Below are positions 1 to 11,794 of a DNA stretch of 33,645 bases, one piece after another (positions within the stretch are counted from its first letter, which is position 1; every line of letters begins with the position of its first letter). The position numbers and the translations under genes are program-made. The stretch covers positions 1-33,645 of the forward strand of contig JYFJ02004254.1 of the NCBI GenBank assembly GCA_000934665.2, written 5' to 3'. Under the pieces are notes generated by a model that was not told where the DNA came from, searched no databases, and was given only the letters and a program-made list of their open reading frames with translations. This DNA comes from Catajapyx aquilonaris (taxonomy: Eukaryota).

Positions 1-128
1 GGGGGGGTAAATCTCAAAACTGCGCAAATGGTATTTTTGAAAGACGTAATTAAAGCGATTCGCCGATTTTCGTCAAAATCTGACAACCCAAGGGTCACGG
101 GGCTCGGTGAATTGACATGGAATGACCC
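1..128. mobile_element. Possible right end of a MITE truncated by the window edge
   Basis: Ends ...TTGACATGGAATGACCC, a TIR-like terminus, after CpG-rich MITE-like sequence; partner end not in the window. Confidence 0.3.
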
Positions 129-695
129 ATATACAGTAATTTAGGAAGTGTGTTTGTTTGGAAAAATTTCCCTTCCATACACTCGAAATTCGATTTGTCT
201 TAAAATAGGCCTTATAAGTTACAATAAGCCAAAGTTTGTCACATTTGTGATAGATTACCTGCTTGTCTTATAGCGTATAGTCGACACAGATATCCTGATT
301 GGATGTGTAAAAAGAGGAATGCAGATGGAGTTGGCCATGGAGCAGATGGAGGAGCCATGTGTATTTTCCCCTGCATTTTTGACCCCTTGACCCCCCCCCC
401 CCCAACCCCACTTCACACCCCCACCTCGTTCCATATGTTTGCTCTGAAGTACTTTAGAAATGTACGTACAGATGCATGGTGGGAAATTTTGTTTTCAACA
501 CGGAGTAATATTTGTAAATACTGTATTATTTTATTGTATTTATTTTTGTCTGGAAGTCTACTTTCAAATCCCACAAAATCTCGGAATGACCATAAGATAC
601 GAACTCATGTGAGGTGGCCAATTAGCGTAATTGGTGGATGCGTTGAATTTACGGCGATTGTTTAATTTGCTCGGTATTGTTGCATAAGGGCATTT

Positions 696-1035
696 GGGGG
701 AGGTGAAGTGGTGCTGCGGTAACGTACGCGCCCACGGATGTTAAGGTCCCGGGTTCGATCCCAACCCGGGGACACCCCCTTCATCTCGTGCAGAGTTCAG
801 GGTCACCTCTGGCTTCGTCTCGGGTGGTACGAGTATCCAACATACTAAACCACCTGGGGGAGTTCACTAAAAATGGCCACGAGACATTGCACTGAACCTT
901 GCACATACCCTCCTGTCATCCTGCCCGTGGGCCCGGGCATGTCAAATGAATAGGCACCTAGTGTACCTCAGTAAGTAAAGGTCCGTGCGATATGCCCCCA
1001 TGTGGGGGCGAAAGCACATTATCCCAGCATTATTA
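696..1035 (+). mobile_element. tRNA-derived SINE, family A, copy 1
   Basis: Pol III A-box (TGGTGCTGCGG) and B-box (GGTTCGATCC), (ATT)n end, perfect 16-bp TSD TTGCATAAGGGCATTT at 680-695 and 1036-1051; homologous to 13811-14246 and ~14879. Confidence 0.9.
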
Positions 1036-1666
1036 TTGCATAAGGGCATTTCCATGGGAATGCGAATTGATATATTGTTAATTGTTAATTAACTCTCTTT
1101 AACTCTATTAACTCTGTTAACTCTCTTTGTCACTAACAAGGTTGAAAAGTTTGTCACCTTTGGTATCATACCATCTAGTGCACTAGATATGCTACATCTC
1201 AGGAAAGATTTCATAACAAGTTCATTGGAAATTTTAATCCCAAGCAGCCAAAATACATTCAGCTACCACTGGCAGTGGTGCCCAATATACTTGTCCACTC
1301 TTGGTTACTTCAGTCTCTCCTAATGTAAGCCATTCCTTATAAAATTTTCTAACTGCTGACTTAAATGGCTTGTTAATGCACACACAAAGGGGCTCTACCT
1401 GAGATGACATTCTACAAGGCAGAAAACTTTGTACCTGATTCTAAAACTATTTTTTCCCCTATATTTTTTAAAGCCAACAAGTGCATCTTAGAATCGAGTA
1501 AACAAGGTATACAGTGATGTGAAATTTTGTACTCGCTTGCCCTCATTTTCATAATCTGGTGCTGCCTTATTAATTTTATTAGTGGCAAATATTACAGAAA
1601 GCAATATTGATACATGCACCAATTACTTGTCCAGATTTCAATAAATATTATCACTATTACATCGCA

Positions 1667-2227
1667 TCAAGGATCATCTCCTGAAACAAGAAGGTGTGAC
1701 CGGGCATCTGACTGCAGCATTGCTGATGCTTTTTCTGCCCCAACGACAGCTGCTAAGCGCAGGAAATCATACTTGCAGAAGATGGCAGTGCAGGTTGGAT
1801 TGTCCTTCTGGACTGACTTTGGATTCTGAAGTGATGGGTGCATGAGGTTACAGATCTGTGAGTAGAGGCGTGGCAAAAGGGGCAACTGATAGAAAACAAC
1901 ATGTGAAACTCCCTTGAGATGGAGTCGGCGGAAGAAGTGGCACCGTTCCGAGTACAAGAGAAAAACGGGTCGACGGTGGCTGCGATAAAAAAGGTTCCTG
2001 GCACGAGCCAAGCGTCCATCTGGAATGTACTCGGAGGCCTGTAGGAAGCGGGTCTCAGTCATGCGTAGCACGGAACGGACACGCACAAAGTCCAGATAAT
2101 TGGACACCACCAGGAGGACTTGAGTTCTTTCCTTTCTCTGCAGGTCTGGGAGGACCACATTGCGGAAGAAGTTCAGGCGGGATTCAGACACTATTTCGTG
2201 TCCACTGACCTCAAACCGGAGAAACAC
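1667..2227 (-). CDS. UTP25: UTP25/DIEXF coding exon 4 (C-terminal, with stop)
   Basis: Acceptor ttgcag|GTG; VFLRFE...NYLDFVRVR...ARARNLF...FLLYSERCHFFRRLHLKGVSHVVFYQLP matches UTP25 C-terminal domain. Candidate AATAAA at 1575-1580 on the minus strand. Confidence 0.95.
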   Translation of the reverse strand: MFLRFEVSGHEIVSESRLNFFRNVVLPDLQRKERTQVLLVVSNYLDFVRVRSVLRMTETRFLQASEYIPDGRLARARNLFYRSHRRPVFLLYSERCHFFRRLHLKGVSHVVFYQLPLLPRLYSQICNLMHPSLQNPKSVQKDNPTCTAIFCKYDFLRLAAVVGAEKASAMLQSDARSHLLVSGDDP

Positions 2228-2398
2228 CTGCAAGAGGCATAAATCAGGTCAGTTGTTATCCCACAGATGGAGCATTAGCAAGTTTCAAACAGTATCCATG
2301 ATTTATTTCTTCTTGGCCTTTTGGCTAAGATCAAAGTGTATCCATGATTTTTTAACTGAACTTGCTCAAACTACTGCAATTATTATCACTGAGACATA

Positions 2399-2879
2399 GG
2401 GGGTGTTTTTGGTCCCTCTCCAGGAAGATGGAGAGGAGAGGTGGAAGAGGGCGGGGCTTCCGGAATATCCCCCACATCCCCCCTCTCCACTATTAAACCC
2501 AAAAACGGGCGGAATGGTGTAGCTAGGGGAGAAAGCACTCAAAACAGTTGAGAAGAGAGCGAGGCGAGGACCCTGGGCCCAAGGAGGTTTAATTCTGCAA
2601 CCAATTCCTTGGTGATGTTTAATTCTGCAACTAATTCCTTGGTGATGTTTAATTCTTAAACCTTCACCCGCTTCCCGCCCTCCCTCCGCTCCAGCCCCCT
2701 CTCCAGAAAGTCTCTTCCACCTCCGAGGAGAGAAGACACTTTTTGGGAATTTGTGGAGAGCTCCGCCCACTTCACCCCCCCTTTCCCCCCTCTCCAACTC
2801 TCTGGAGAGGCACCAAAAACGCTCGGGTAGAGGCCACGCCCCCTCTCCATCTTCCTGGAGAGGGAGCAAAAACACCCCC
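2399..2879. mobile_element. Tourist-like (PIF/Harbinger) MITE in UTP25 intron 3
   Basis: ~38-bp TIR GGGGGTGTTTTTG(G/C)TCCCTCTCCAGGAAGATGGAGAGG; flanks ATA/TTA; internal 30-bp tandem repeat x2.3 at 2587-2656. Confidence 0.75.
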
Positions 2880-2936
2880 TTAGTTTCATTATCATCATCA
2901 GGCACATAAGGAAAGATGAAACATTAAAGGATAAAT

Positions 2937-2950
2937 GAAGACCTTTGGGG

Positions 2951-2993
<43 letters not shown>

Positions 2994-3189
2994 CGATCAA
3001 GGTCCACTTTTTGTCAAAAATGAGTTCCACATCTCAGAAGATACTTTCACAACCGTAGAATATGATGGTTTGGTCGGGGTTGTGGGAAAGTGGGATTTAC
3101 AATGGAACCTTATGGGCCTCGAAATTTAAAATTGGAATATCGCAGTTTCACCTGAGGTGGACCTTGATAGTTCTTCCCCCGAGGTCTTC
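2937..3189 (+). mobile_element. Sola1-derived MITE with a (GA)n microsatellite inside the left TIR
   Basis: Termini GAAGACCT.../...GAGGTCTTC, 4-bp TSD AAAT (AWWT type); both ends align to the 30656-31636 element; (GA)n at ~2953-2988. Confidence 0.8.
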
Positions 3190-3531
3190 AAATATAATCA
3201 CCAGTTAATAATTAAAAACAATAATTTCACATTTATGTATATGCCCAGATTATAGAAATAAGTATGTATGCACTCTGAAAGGAAAGCCTCATTTTTTTTG
3301 ACAGGAACACATGATCTATGTTATTTATATAGGAAAATATACGTATTGGTATTACCAAGAATATGAGAATGTGTGCACTACAAATTTCTAACCTCGATTG
3401 ACCAACATGTCCAACACTGCATTATTGGGAGATAAATTTTTCCATCCCTTGGCACTTGCTAAGCCATGTCTCCTGGCACACTTGACATAGATGCTGAATT
3501 TATACACCTAAGTTGGGCATTGTGATGTGTA

Positions 3532-3691
3532 CTATTAACCGCAAAAGTAATGTCACACTGTTGTGATGCCGTGCGTGCCTAATTGTTTATCCACCTCCCT
3601 CAGGCGGTGCAGCACCCCTGAGGGAGGCGGATAAACAATTAGGCACGCACGGCATCACATAACAGTGTGACACTACTTTTCCGGTTAATAG
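3532..3691. mobile_element. 160-bp fully palindromic MITE, TA TSD (Tc1/mariner type)
   Basis: TA-CTATTAACCG...CGGTTAATAG-TA; arms pair almost to the centre. Confidence 0.8.
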
Positions 3692-3933
3692 TATTGTATA
3701 CCTTCACATTGTCATAACCAGACAATGGCTTTGGGCATTTTTATGCAAGGATTAGACATGAATTTCCATTATTTGAAACTGTGTGATCATCCTATGTTTC
3801 TGCAATATGGCCAATACCATGAAACTGAAGTCCCTAACTTGTTAGATAATGCAGGTCGCCTACTGAATGGTAAGTTACTCTTATGCAACTAACTAAAAAT
3901 GATGAATGATAAGATATACAAGTACTAGGATAC

Positions 3934-4087
3934 CTGTGGAAGTTGCAGTGACACTTCACATATGGAACCAACCAGAATCCTGTTGGCAACCTGCACATAG
4001 CCTGCGAAGTTGCCACAATGTTTAGTAAAGACAGCTTGCAGCTCAGGGCAATTGATGCTACTAAACACCATTGTTTGACGGTAATAC
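3934..4087 (-). CDS. UTP25: UTP25/DIEXF coding exon 3 (absent from ORF track)
   Basis: Follows a 61-nt intron (4088-4148, GT...ttccag); reads (K)YYRQTMVFSSINCPELQAVFTKHCGNFAGYVQVANRILVGSICEVSLQLPQ; donor CAG|GTATCC. Phases join exons 2 and 4. Confidence 0.92.
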
Positions 4088-4148
4088 CTGGAAAAACAAT
4101 ACATGGTTAGCCACAGACTGCAAACTTAGAATTAGTTTCATAACGCAC

Positions 4149-4414
4149 TTGGAATGTCCTTCTAGAGCCCAGAGTCGAACACGAGCAAAGTCAACTTCGT
4201 GTTGCTGCTTTGGTTGGAGGTGAAGGTTCTCAAGTAGCAGGAGAGTATGGTCCCAGTTCTGCATCAACAAGACATCTGCTTGGTCCAGCACTAGAATTTC
4301 TAGCGAAGACAGGAAATCCCAGTCACGTTCTTTCTCTCCTGGGGCGCCTACTACTCTGCGCAGGCCCAAGGGTGACGCAAGAATAATGTCGGAAGAATAG
4401 AAGTCCGAGTACAA
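4149..4414 (-). CDS. UTP25: UTP25/DIEXF coding exon 2
   Basis: Acceptor ttcag|TTG; LYSDFYSSDIILASPLGLR...DFLSSLEILVLDQADVLLMQNWDH is the UTP25 signature. Donor AA|GTGCGT, phase 2. Confidence 0.95.
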
Positions 4415-5316
4415 CTGAATGAGAAAATGATTAGTTTACTTAATCATCGGTAATAACTTAGCATGCAGTATATCAGTGAAAACAATTGGTTCACCGAAGT
4501 TGTGATGGTTTAGAAGACACTGACACATTATCCCATGTCATTAGTGTATTTATTATTATTTATTAGCATCACGCTTCTAGAAGTGGTTGCTGCAAGATTT
4601 TTGTTTTGCCAAGTTTGTCATCATAGGCCAATGTCAAAAATGAAAAAGAAGGCCCAGACAGATGCTGCTACAGTGATCTTTAAAGCTTTGTTGTCATTCA
4701 TTGTCACATAAACTAATATTTTCATGTTGGCATAGGCAGAAGGAAAGTGATGTTGTGGTGGGTACCGATACCTGGGAAATGCTTTCAAAAAACCTCTCAT
4801 GCAATGGCTTCTGAGTGTGTATTTTCATTGGCAGAGGTGACATTTGGTCTGACTTTTACCAGAAGCAGTGGCAATGTGAACAGTACATTTGGTGTATTAA
4901 ATAGGCTTCGTATGGGTAACACCCCCTTTCAGGGGACTTCCAAAAAAATATTCAGTTATTCAAGCAAATAATGTAATGTAAAATCCATTTTGGATGTAAT
5001 GACAATGCTGGGTGTTTGGACTCAGAAATGTTGCAGTGATGTGTTTATGTTTAGATTGTTTTGTCATTTTCCAATTTGTCAAAATTTTCCAATTTTAATT
5101 TTTTTACAATGGTCATTTTGAAGCCAACGTTAATGAGAATAAGTGTAAAATGAAGCGGCATAAAACAGGTCCCACCCGCACTCTTGTTTTCTATTCACAT
5201 GGAAGCAAACTTCCAAGCAGATGAATATCAGTGGGCTCAATGACTCAAGTCACTATATTTCAATGGCTTTGCATATATTATAAAAAGGCAATAAACTCAA
5301 AACACTGTGAACCAAC

Positions 5317-6528
5317 CTTCATGCTCTTCCTAGACAAGGATATGCCAATTCGAAAGTCATCATCGATATTTCCGGAAAATGTTGCCTGATAGTCATCTGG
5401 CTTGGGCTTCTTTCGGGAAAATGACAGTGAATCTCCTCCATAATCATCTTCAATTCTCTTCAAACCTGCCACATTCTGCTTGGTTCCAGCAGGAAAGTGC
5501 AAGCTCTTGAGCAATCGCACCAACTTCAGAGCTGAGCTTCTAAATGGCAGCAAAATCAACACCCTGGGTCTGACTAAGCCTTGGTCCCGTTTTTGACACT
5601 TCTTCTGGTCATGTCGCTTAACCCGCTGCCTTGCCTTCAATACATGGTTTAAGACATGTGCAGCATATGTCAGTTGCACTTTATCACTGCCATGAACAGT
5701 CTGCTCTGGATAGTACACATCCAAGTTGTTACACATAAGAGTCAATAGCTCCTTTTGCTTTCCAGTTAGCTCAGCTTGTTGAAGAGCTGACAGAATATTA
5801 TTTTTAAAGAACAATGGTTGCATCCAATCATCTTGTGGTACTGATGGCATTCGGCCAATTTCATGTGGGGGCACATGTTCTTCATCACTGGTGTCAAGAA
5901 GGGCCAGCGATTTAGGACGTTCTGACTCTGCAACATGTGGTGCCAGGGTCACAAAGTGACCTAAATGTTTCCAGTCTAGCTGGTTTTTGTTCCATCTCTT
6001 CTTGGACGACAGAACTTCAACGGCATCGTGTGTTACTTGGCGTTCCCAGTGTAGGTAAAATGGATCTTCTCTGCACTCATCATCAGCATCATCGTCGTCC
6101 TTTTCATCAATGTCCACATCTGACTCTTCCTGGTCCTCATCAGGGTCTTCCAACTCGTCTACTTTGTCCTCCACCACCTCGTCATTCTTTTCCTCCTCAT
6201 CTGTTGTGTGTATACTACACACATCTTCCTCTACCTCAGAATCAGACCCCTCCAGGTCCTCCTCAGAATCGGACGACAGGACGTCCTCACCTTGATCCCG
6301 ATCACGACCAAGCAGTGTCAGTAGTTGGTTAGAAGGCATAACATCCTCCTCTTCCTCATCCGACTCTGGAGGTACATACTCCGCCAATGTACGTTTGGGT
6401 ATTGCTTCCTCCCTTTCCTCTCTCCGTCTGTCTGGCGAAGGCGCTCTCCGCTGCTTCTTCCTCGGCCCCGTAGCACCCCTCTTGATCCGCCTTTTCCCAC
6501 CACGTGTAATCTTCCTTCTGCCGGCCAT
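5317..6528 (-). CDS. UTP25: UTP25/DIEXF (U3 snoRNA-associated protein 25) coding exon 1
   Basis: ATG at 6528 (MAGRRKITR...), basic then acidic N-terminus, conserved motifs 'HVLNHVLK', 'RDQGLVRPRVLILLPFRSSA', 'FSGNIDDDFRIG'. Donor AAG|GTTGGT after 5317, phase 0, 404 codons. Confidence 0.95.
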
Positions 6529-7157
6529 GTTCGACTCTTGCACTTCACTCGGGTAGCCAGATGCAGCTCAAAACATATTTTAATGTATAATATAATACAG
6601 CTGTAGTATATACACTTTATAAAAGTTATATTGATTAAAATATTCTAAAGTGGTTCTCGTGGTGGCACTGTTTTTATTGCAATGCCAGATGCAGCTGTTC
6701 GAAGACTGTTGACCACGGTCGTGTTGACCGACCAGATTTGAGCAGAAAAACGCGCAGTGTTCCTGCAGAGGGCGGCCTTTCCGGTGACCGTGTGCGCGTA
6801 GCAGGTGCGCAAAGACTGGAGGTCTGGAGGAGGAGAACTGTGCCTGGAGGAGGTGCTGCCGTCGTGCCGTCTTCTGGTGGGTGGTGAACGAAGCAGCCCG
6901 GCCCGAGCCAGCCGCTGATCGGTGTTCGAACACCGGTTGTACTGACCGATTAGCCGGCGACCTGCCGGATACCTGATTCTGTCTGCCCGTGGTGGTGCTT
7001 GAACGTAGGCTGCATGGGAGCGGCCCAGGTGCAGTCGCCGCTCTGGGGGTAGTGCTGGGGGGTTAAGACACAGGGGGCGGGCCGCCCCCGGGACCTGCCC
7101 CAGGGGGCGGGCCAGCCCACTTGTACCTCCCTAGTCTAACCAGTTGGAAGAGGAAAA
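6529..7157. promoter_or_regulatory. Bidirectional promoter / 5' UTR region shared by UTP25 and WDR20
   Basis: Divergent ATGs 630 bp apart; AT-rich core 6570-6650 then GC/CpG-rich stretch with two GGGGGCGGGCC GC-boxes (~7073, ~7103); direct repeat GCCAGATGCAGCT at 6556-6568 and 6684-6696. Confidence 0.7.
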
Positions 7158-7412
7158 ATGGCTCTTCAGAGTGATGCCGGAGGAAAATCTGAGGAGCTCA
7201 AGACACAGTTTGCAACCCGGGAAGGGGTGTACAGGCTGATGACCCTGTCAGAGTACTCCAGGCCCAACCGGGTTGGATATACCAACACGCAGGGGACCTG
7301 TCCTGTCAGGGTGTCGTTTGTGGCGCTGCCAGACCCAAATGCAAACGGCGACAGGATTTGCTTCAACTTTGGGAAGGAGCTGTATGTTTACCCTTACAAG
7401 GGAGTCAGGAAG
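7158..7412 (+). CDS. WDR20: WD repeat-containing protein 20 / DMWD family, coding exon 1
   Basis: AAAATG start; ELKTQFATREGVYRL...SEYSRPNRV...PVRVSFV...DRICFNFGKELYVYPYKGVRK is the WDR20/DMWD N-terminus; donor AAG|GTGAGC, phase 0. Confidence 0.95.
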
Positions 7413-7844
7413 GTGAGCTGGTGGATTTTCTGTTGTGATTACATTTTTGCAAATTTATTGCAAAAATATAACAATAATTTAATGATTGTTGATAGCAGTG
7501 TCGTGATTAAGTGTCACACAAATACATCATCTTGTTGGTGCCACTTAGTACTGGTTCACTGACTAACATTTGCGGAAGTAGGAAAGTGTCCATGAAAGAC
7601 AACATGATTGGCTTTCTTAGTTGGTACTTGTGACAGGGAGTAACATATCGAATTGTGTTGATCTGCCTAGGAGTTGTTGTTTCCGTCACTTGTATGGGTT
7701 TCACTTAATTCACTTTTCCTCTCTTCCTCATCTGTGATATGAAAAAAGGGGATGTTTGATCCTATACAAAGCTCAAATCAGCTTCCACAAATCTCTCCTC
7801 TTACTCCCACTTCCTTTCAACCCCAACTAACGAGTAATGTTAGA

Positions 7845-8635
7845 GAGATCTGACTCAAAAAGCAGACATTTTATTACATAATTGGAGAGGGCTAATTTTG
7901 CTGATTACAACAAGCCATACATGAAGTGCTAGATTGCAGCTGTTTTTGAAAAAATCGCTTCTAAAGTTCTTCCTAAAGTTAACCTATTACATGCGAGGAC
8001 CTAACGCAGTTTAAGTGGCTGCTGACAGCAATGGAATATATCTGCTGCAAACAACTACCAGCAGCTAAATTAAATCTTGAGGAGTGAAACAAAGAATTGT
8101 TAACAGAAAATAACCAATTGGATTTTATTGAAAACATTGCATTATTGAATATAAGTTGTGGAATAGTGATACATAAGTTCAAAGTTAGGCTTATCAAGTA
8201 AAAAAATTATCAAAGCAGAATGTCTCTTTGCACCAAGAGCAACGTATACAGCTCGTAGTCTCACAGTCGGCAAGAGTACAATCGCTTATTCCATATTTAA
8301 AGCAAAACTTGAGCTTACATGGTGTATTGTGTGTTTCACATCATCAGATGAGCCTATTTTTACCCAGTTGAGACATTAACAAATGAGGAAACCTGATTTC
8401 TGACTACTGGATATAACATTTAAAAAAAATAATTCCAACAGTATAAGCTAGACTTGAGGCCAGCCGAGCACATAATTTGAGAGAAAATCTGTGGTGTTTT
8501 CCCCTCCAAAAATGCTTGGAAGTTATTTTTTCAAAAATGGCTGCCATCTAGCAGTTGGTGTATGGCTTGTTGTAATTGGCGCAATTAGCCCTTTCCAATG
8601 ATGTAATAAAATGTCTGCTTTTTGAGTCAGATCTC
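7845..8635. mobile_element. Non-autonomous DNA element with ~110-bp imperfect TIRs
   Basis: GAGATCTGACTCAAAAAGCAGACATTTTATTACAT and its reverse complement at the right end; no clear TSD (TAGA/TGAA), superfamily unassigned. Confidence 0.75.
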
Positions 8636-8844
8636 TGAAACATCGCTCATTAGTGCAGCATGGTGAGCCAGTCTCAGACCTGTTGAAATCACCTGACTGC
8701 TGCTTGGTGGGTTGGACATATTTACTACTAAGAAAACTGAAGACGCAAACTTTTTTGTAAAAGTGCTGATATAAATGGCCAGAGAGGTATAATTTACATG
8801 GCCTGACCAGTCACTAGAAGATTCATTGTAATGGTCATATGAGA

Positions 8845-8925
8845 CGGCTAGGTACAAACTAGTCGTCGCTGGCTACCCCATGTCTGGGATTAAGCCGTGA
8901 TGTCATGTATGTATGTATGTATGTA
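8845..8925 (+). mobile_element. 5'-truncated 3' end of SINE family B (or of its partner LINE)
   Basis: CGGCTAGG..AAACTAGT.GTCGCTGGCTACCCCAT...GGGATTA.GCCGTGATGT(ATGT)n matches ~25412-25487. Confidence 0.75.
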
Positions 8926-9150
8926 ATACTGCATCATGCAGTCTGGATATGAGACAATTGCTGAAACATTTTAAAATGATACTTGATTTACAATGAGGAG
9001 TGACATTTGGGGTACTTTTTCTTGTTTTCTCCTGGGTGCATGATGGTAGTTTTTACTAAATTGTATTGTGTTTAGATTACAATATTACGGTCATAAAAGT
9101 CAGTTCTCAATTTTTATTGCTGTACACCCTTTTGCACCTTGTGGCTTGTA

Positions 9151-10723
9151 CAGTATGCTGATTAATGGCTATGCACAGACATCGCCACCTGGTGGAAATG
9201 AGGTGGGGGCTCCGTCCAAAATACTTGCACAGCTCAAGACTGCAGCTCACGAGACGCTCAAGACATCGCGGTGGATTCGTAAAACGCTTGCTGCAAAGTT
9301 GGATCATAGATACATCATATGTATCTATGGGATGGATTATAAAACCATTGTGATTCTTCTCAATGCACTGAAGTTGTGAACCAGTTATTACATGGACCAC
9401 GAGAATACTTATTAATAGAGTCCACATTTTTAGGCACGAAAAAACCCTGAAATAGGCACAAAATTGTTACTTTTTCTGGAGTATGGAGGATAATGTAACA
9501 AAATAAAAAAGCTAGAATTATTTTATAGGCCTAAAGTATAAATATAAGGTTGTAAACCATAGCAAAAACTGAATTACAACGATAAACTGAAAGTAAATCA
9601 CGAAACTTGGGCAGAAAACACAAAGTGTAAACAAGTATCACTTGTTCTGGACTCTATACCGCTTATAGCAAGTTTCCACTTGCACAATATATATGTTGCC
9701 AAATACTTTTCTAAATTTTCCTCTGTTTGGAACAATCAGAGGGAAATGTTGAAATATATTTGGCATATGCTTCACGGAAACATGATTCGTAGTATTACTT
9801 CTTAACGATTTTGGTCCTTTCAGGAGCACAAAAAATACCAAAAAATTAACATGCTTCTGAAGGAATAGGTCTGGAGTAGGCCCAAAAAGTCCTGAAATTA
9901 CTGCAAAAAGTTCAAAAACGATCCCAACAAAGGTGAAATAGGCATGTAAAGTCTCAAAAAGGCAGAATATGCTAAGTAGTTCCCAAAACCACGAAATGGG
10001 CAATTTTAGGCTCTACAAAACCTACATATTCCATATCCAGCATTTATGAAATGGATAGATCTCTTCACAAAACCATTCCAACTGCAAAGGAACTAAATAG
10101 GCATTTGCCTAAAAATCCAGACTCTACTTATTAGTAATATTATTGTTTCTAGTTAACGTGCAGCTGTATAGGGGACTTTTGGGAGTGCACGTATACAGCA
10201 TCACTCTTGTCTTATCAGTTCACTGTTAAATTCAGGAGTTTTTAATACACTGTAGTAAAACGAAGCAAGTCATATAGGGTGGTGCAAAAGATTGGGTATA
10301 GGCGACAACTGTCATTCGAGAGACTCCCGTAGGACTCGGACTAATGATTGGCAATAGATGACATTTCTTGTCAAGCCCAGCAGATCCTACCCCTTCCTTG
10401 TAGCAAACTTCTGAATTTAAAAGCGAAATGATGAGAGAAGAGTGATGCTGTTTACACGCACTCCAAAAAGTCCCTATCCAGCCGCACATTAACATGAAAT
10501 AACAATACACGTGGTCCATGTAATAACTGGTTCACAACCTCAGTGCATGATAGGAATCGGAATGGCCTTATAATCCACCCCACAGATATATCTATGATCC
10601 ATCTTTGTAGCAAGAGTTTGAATCCACCACGATATCTAGAACTGTCTCAGTATTTTGGACGCAGCACCTCCACTTTTTTCCGCCAGATGGCGATGTTTGC
10701 ATAGCCATTAATGCAGGGTACTG
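9151..10723. mobile_element. Long-TIR foldback element, TA TSD, CAGTA termini (Tc1/mariner type)
   Basis: Left arm ~9151-9400 plus ~10135-10240 pairs with ~10405-10723; left arm interrupted by the 9416-10126 element. Confidence 0.78.
9416..10126. mobile_element. hAT-like non-autonomous element nested in a foldback arm
   Basis: TAGAGTCCACATTTTTAGGCA...TGCCTAAAAATCCAGACTCTA; 8-bp TSD CTTATTAA/CTTATTAG; repeated subterminal TAGGC(A/C) motifs. Confidence 0.75.
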
Positions 10724-10789
10724 TACATCATCTACAGTTTTCATTGGCAAGGACTCTACTAAATTTACAAAATCGATTTCTCACTCGTA

Positions 10790-11079
10790 ACCAAAGCAGG
10801 GGATATGGTATCCGACTGCTAATCGGGAGGTCCTGGGTTCGAACCCCGGGGGCCGCCGACCCTGACCGTGGTTTTCCATGGCCCCACCAGGACAATTCCG
10901 GGGTCGTGTCTGTAATTATAGGCCACAGCCGCTTCCTTCCGTCCCTGTCCCATCCCCAATAAGGAAAAAGTAAAAATGCAAGAAAGAGTTCCAGACAGAA
11001 AAAAAATATGGTGGTATCCCAGCCCCCTAAGAGAGCCCATGGCTCTACCACGGGGTACAAATTATTATTATATTATAGT
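10790..11079 (+). mobile_element. tRNA-derived SINE, family C (tail type 1)
   Basis: TCCGACTGCTAATCGGGAGGTCCTGGGTTCGAA head, GGCCACAGCCGCTTCCTTCC body; imperfect TSD ATTTCTCACTCGTA / ATTTCTCTCTCTCGTA. Confidence 0.88.
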
Positions 11080-11554
11080 ATTTCTCTCTCTCGTACCTCG
11101 AAAAAAATGCATCTGCACATAGCAGTAAGGTTGACATTTTAGGTGAATTGCCTGAATACCTAACTTACTGCTATGTGCAGATGCATAATTTTTCAAATGT
11201 ACAGCTGTGTTGGTGCCTAATACAGTAAGATTGAATAGGATGATGTGCAGATGAGAACACTTGCATGCCTTGTCACAGGCTATCACTTATTTTTCACTAA
11301 TTTTTGCATATTTGACATGTTTAGGTGCACAGAGGAGCACTCATGTAGTACTGACAGCAATATGCCTAGAACGTTGATTGACAAAATGTGTAATTTGATA
11401 TTGGATGTAAACACCACTTGTATACCTTCACAGTGTCACAAGCAACTTTAACTGTGTGTATCCTGTGACCTTGAACATTGTAGGATGCTACAATGTTATT
11501 TAAAAAAAAAATCCTTGGTATAACCCGACGGAAATTTCTTTTGCCGTAGCCTAA

Positions 11555-11794
11555 AGCCTGTTTTACAAACTCGGCATTGCGAAAGCGGGGCGTTTGGGCC
11601 TCCCGCTAATCGCATGCAGTAACTCCACCCAGTTGGATACCAACGCAACTCCCATGCTCAGCCATCTCACACAGCATTTGTGAATAGCCATTAGCAAGTT
11701 TTCCGTGCTCCACACACAGGGCGGACTTTCTGCATGCAATTAGGGGGAGGCCCAAATGCCCCGCTTTCGCAATGCGGAGTTTGTGAAACAGGCT
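11555..11794. mobile_element. PIF/Harbinger-like MITE
   Basis: ~65-bp TIR AGCCTGTTT(T/C)ACAAACTC(G/C)GCATTGCGAAAGCGGGGC; flanks TAA/TTA. Confidence 0.75.

Noticed and set aside
980..1020. Hammerhead-like stem followed by GAAA in the SINE A copy 1 tail
   Set aside because: The required CUGANGA core is absent (reads GCGAUAU) and stems I/III cannot be built; better explained as a LINE-type 3' stem-loop.
2366..2905. 179-aa ORF with IKHHQG repeats
   Set aside because: Lies within a MITE; repeats derive from the 30-bp tandem unit.
9638..10003. 121-aa ORF inside the hAT-like element as transposase remnant
   Set aside because: No hAT motifs recognisable; sequence looks like subterminal non-coding repeats.
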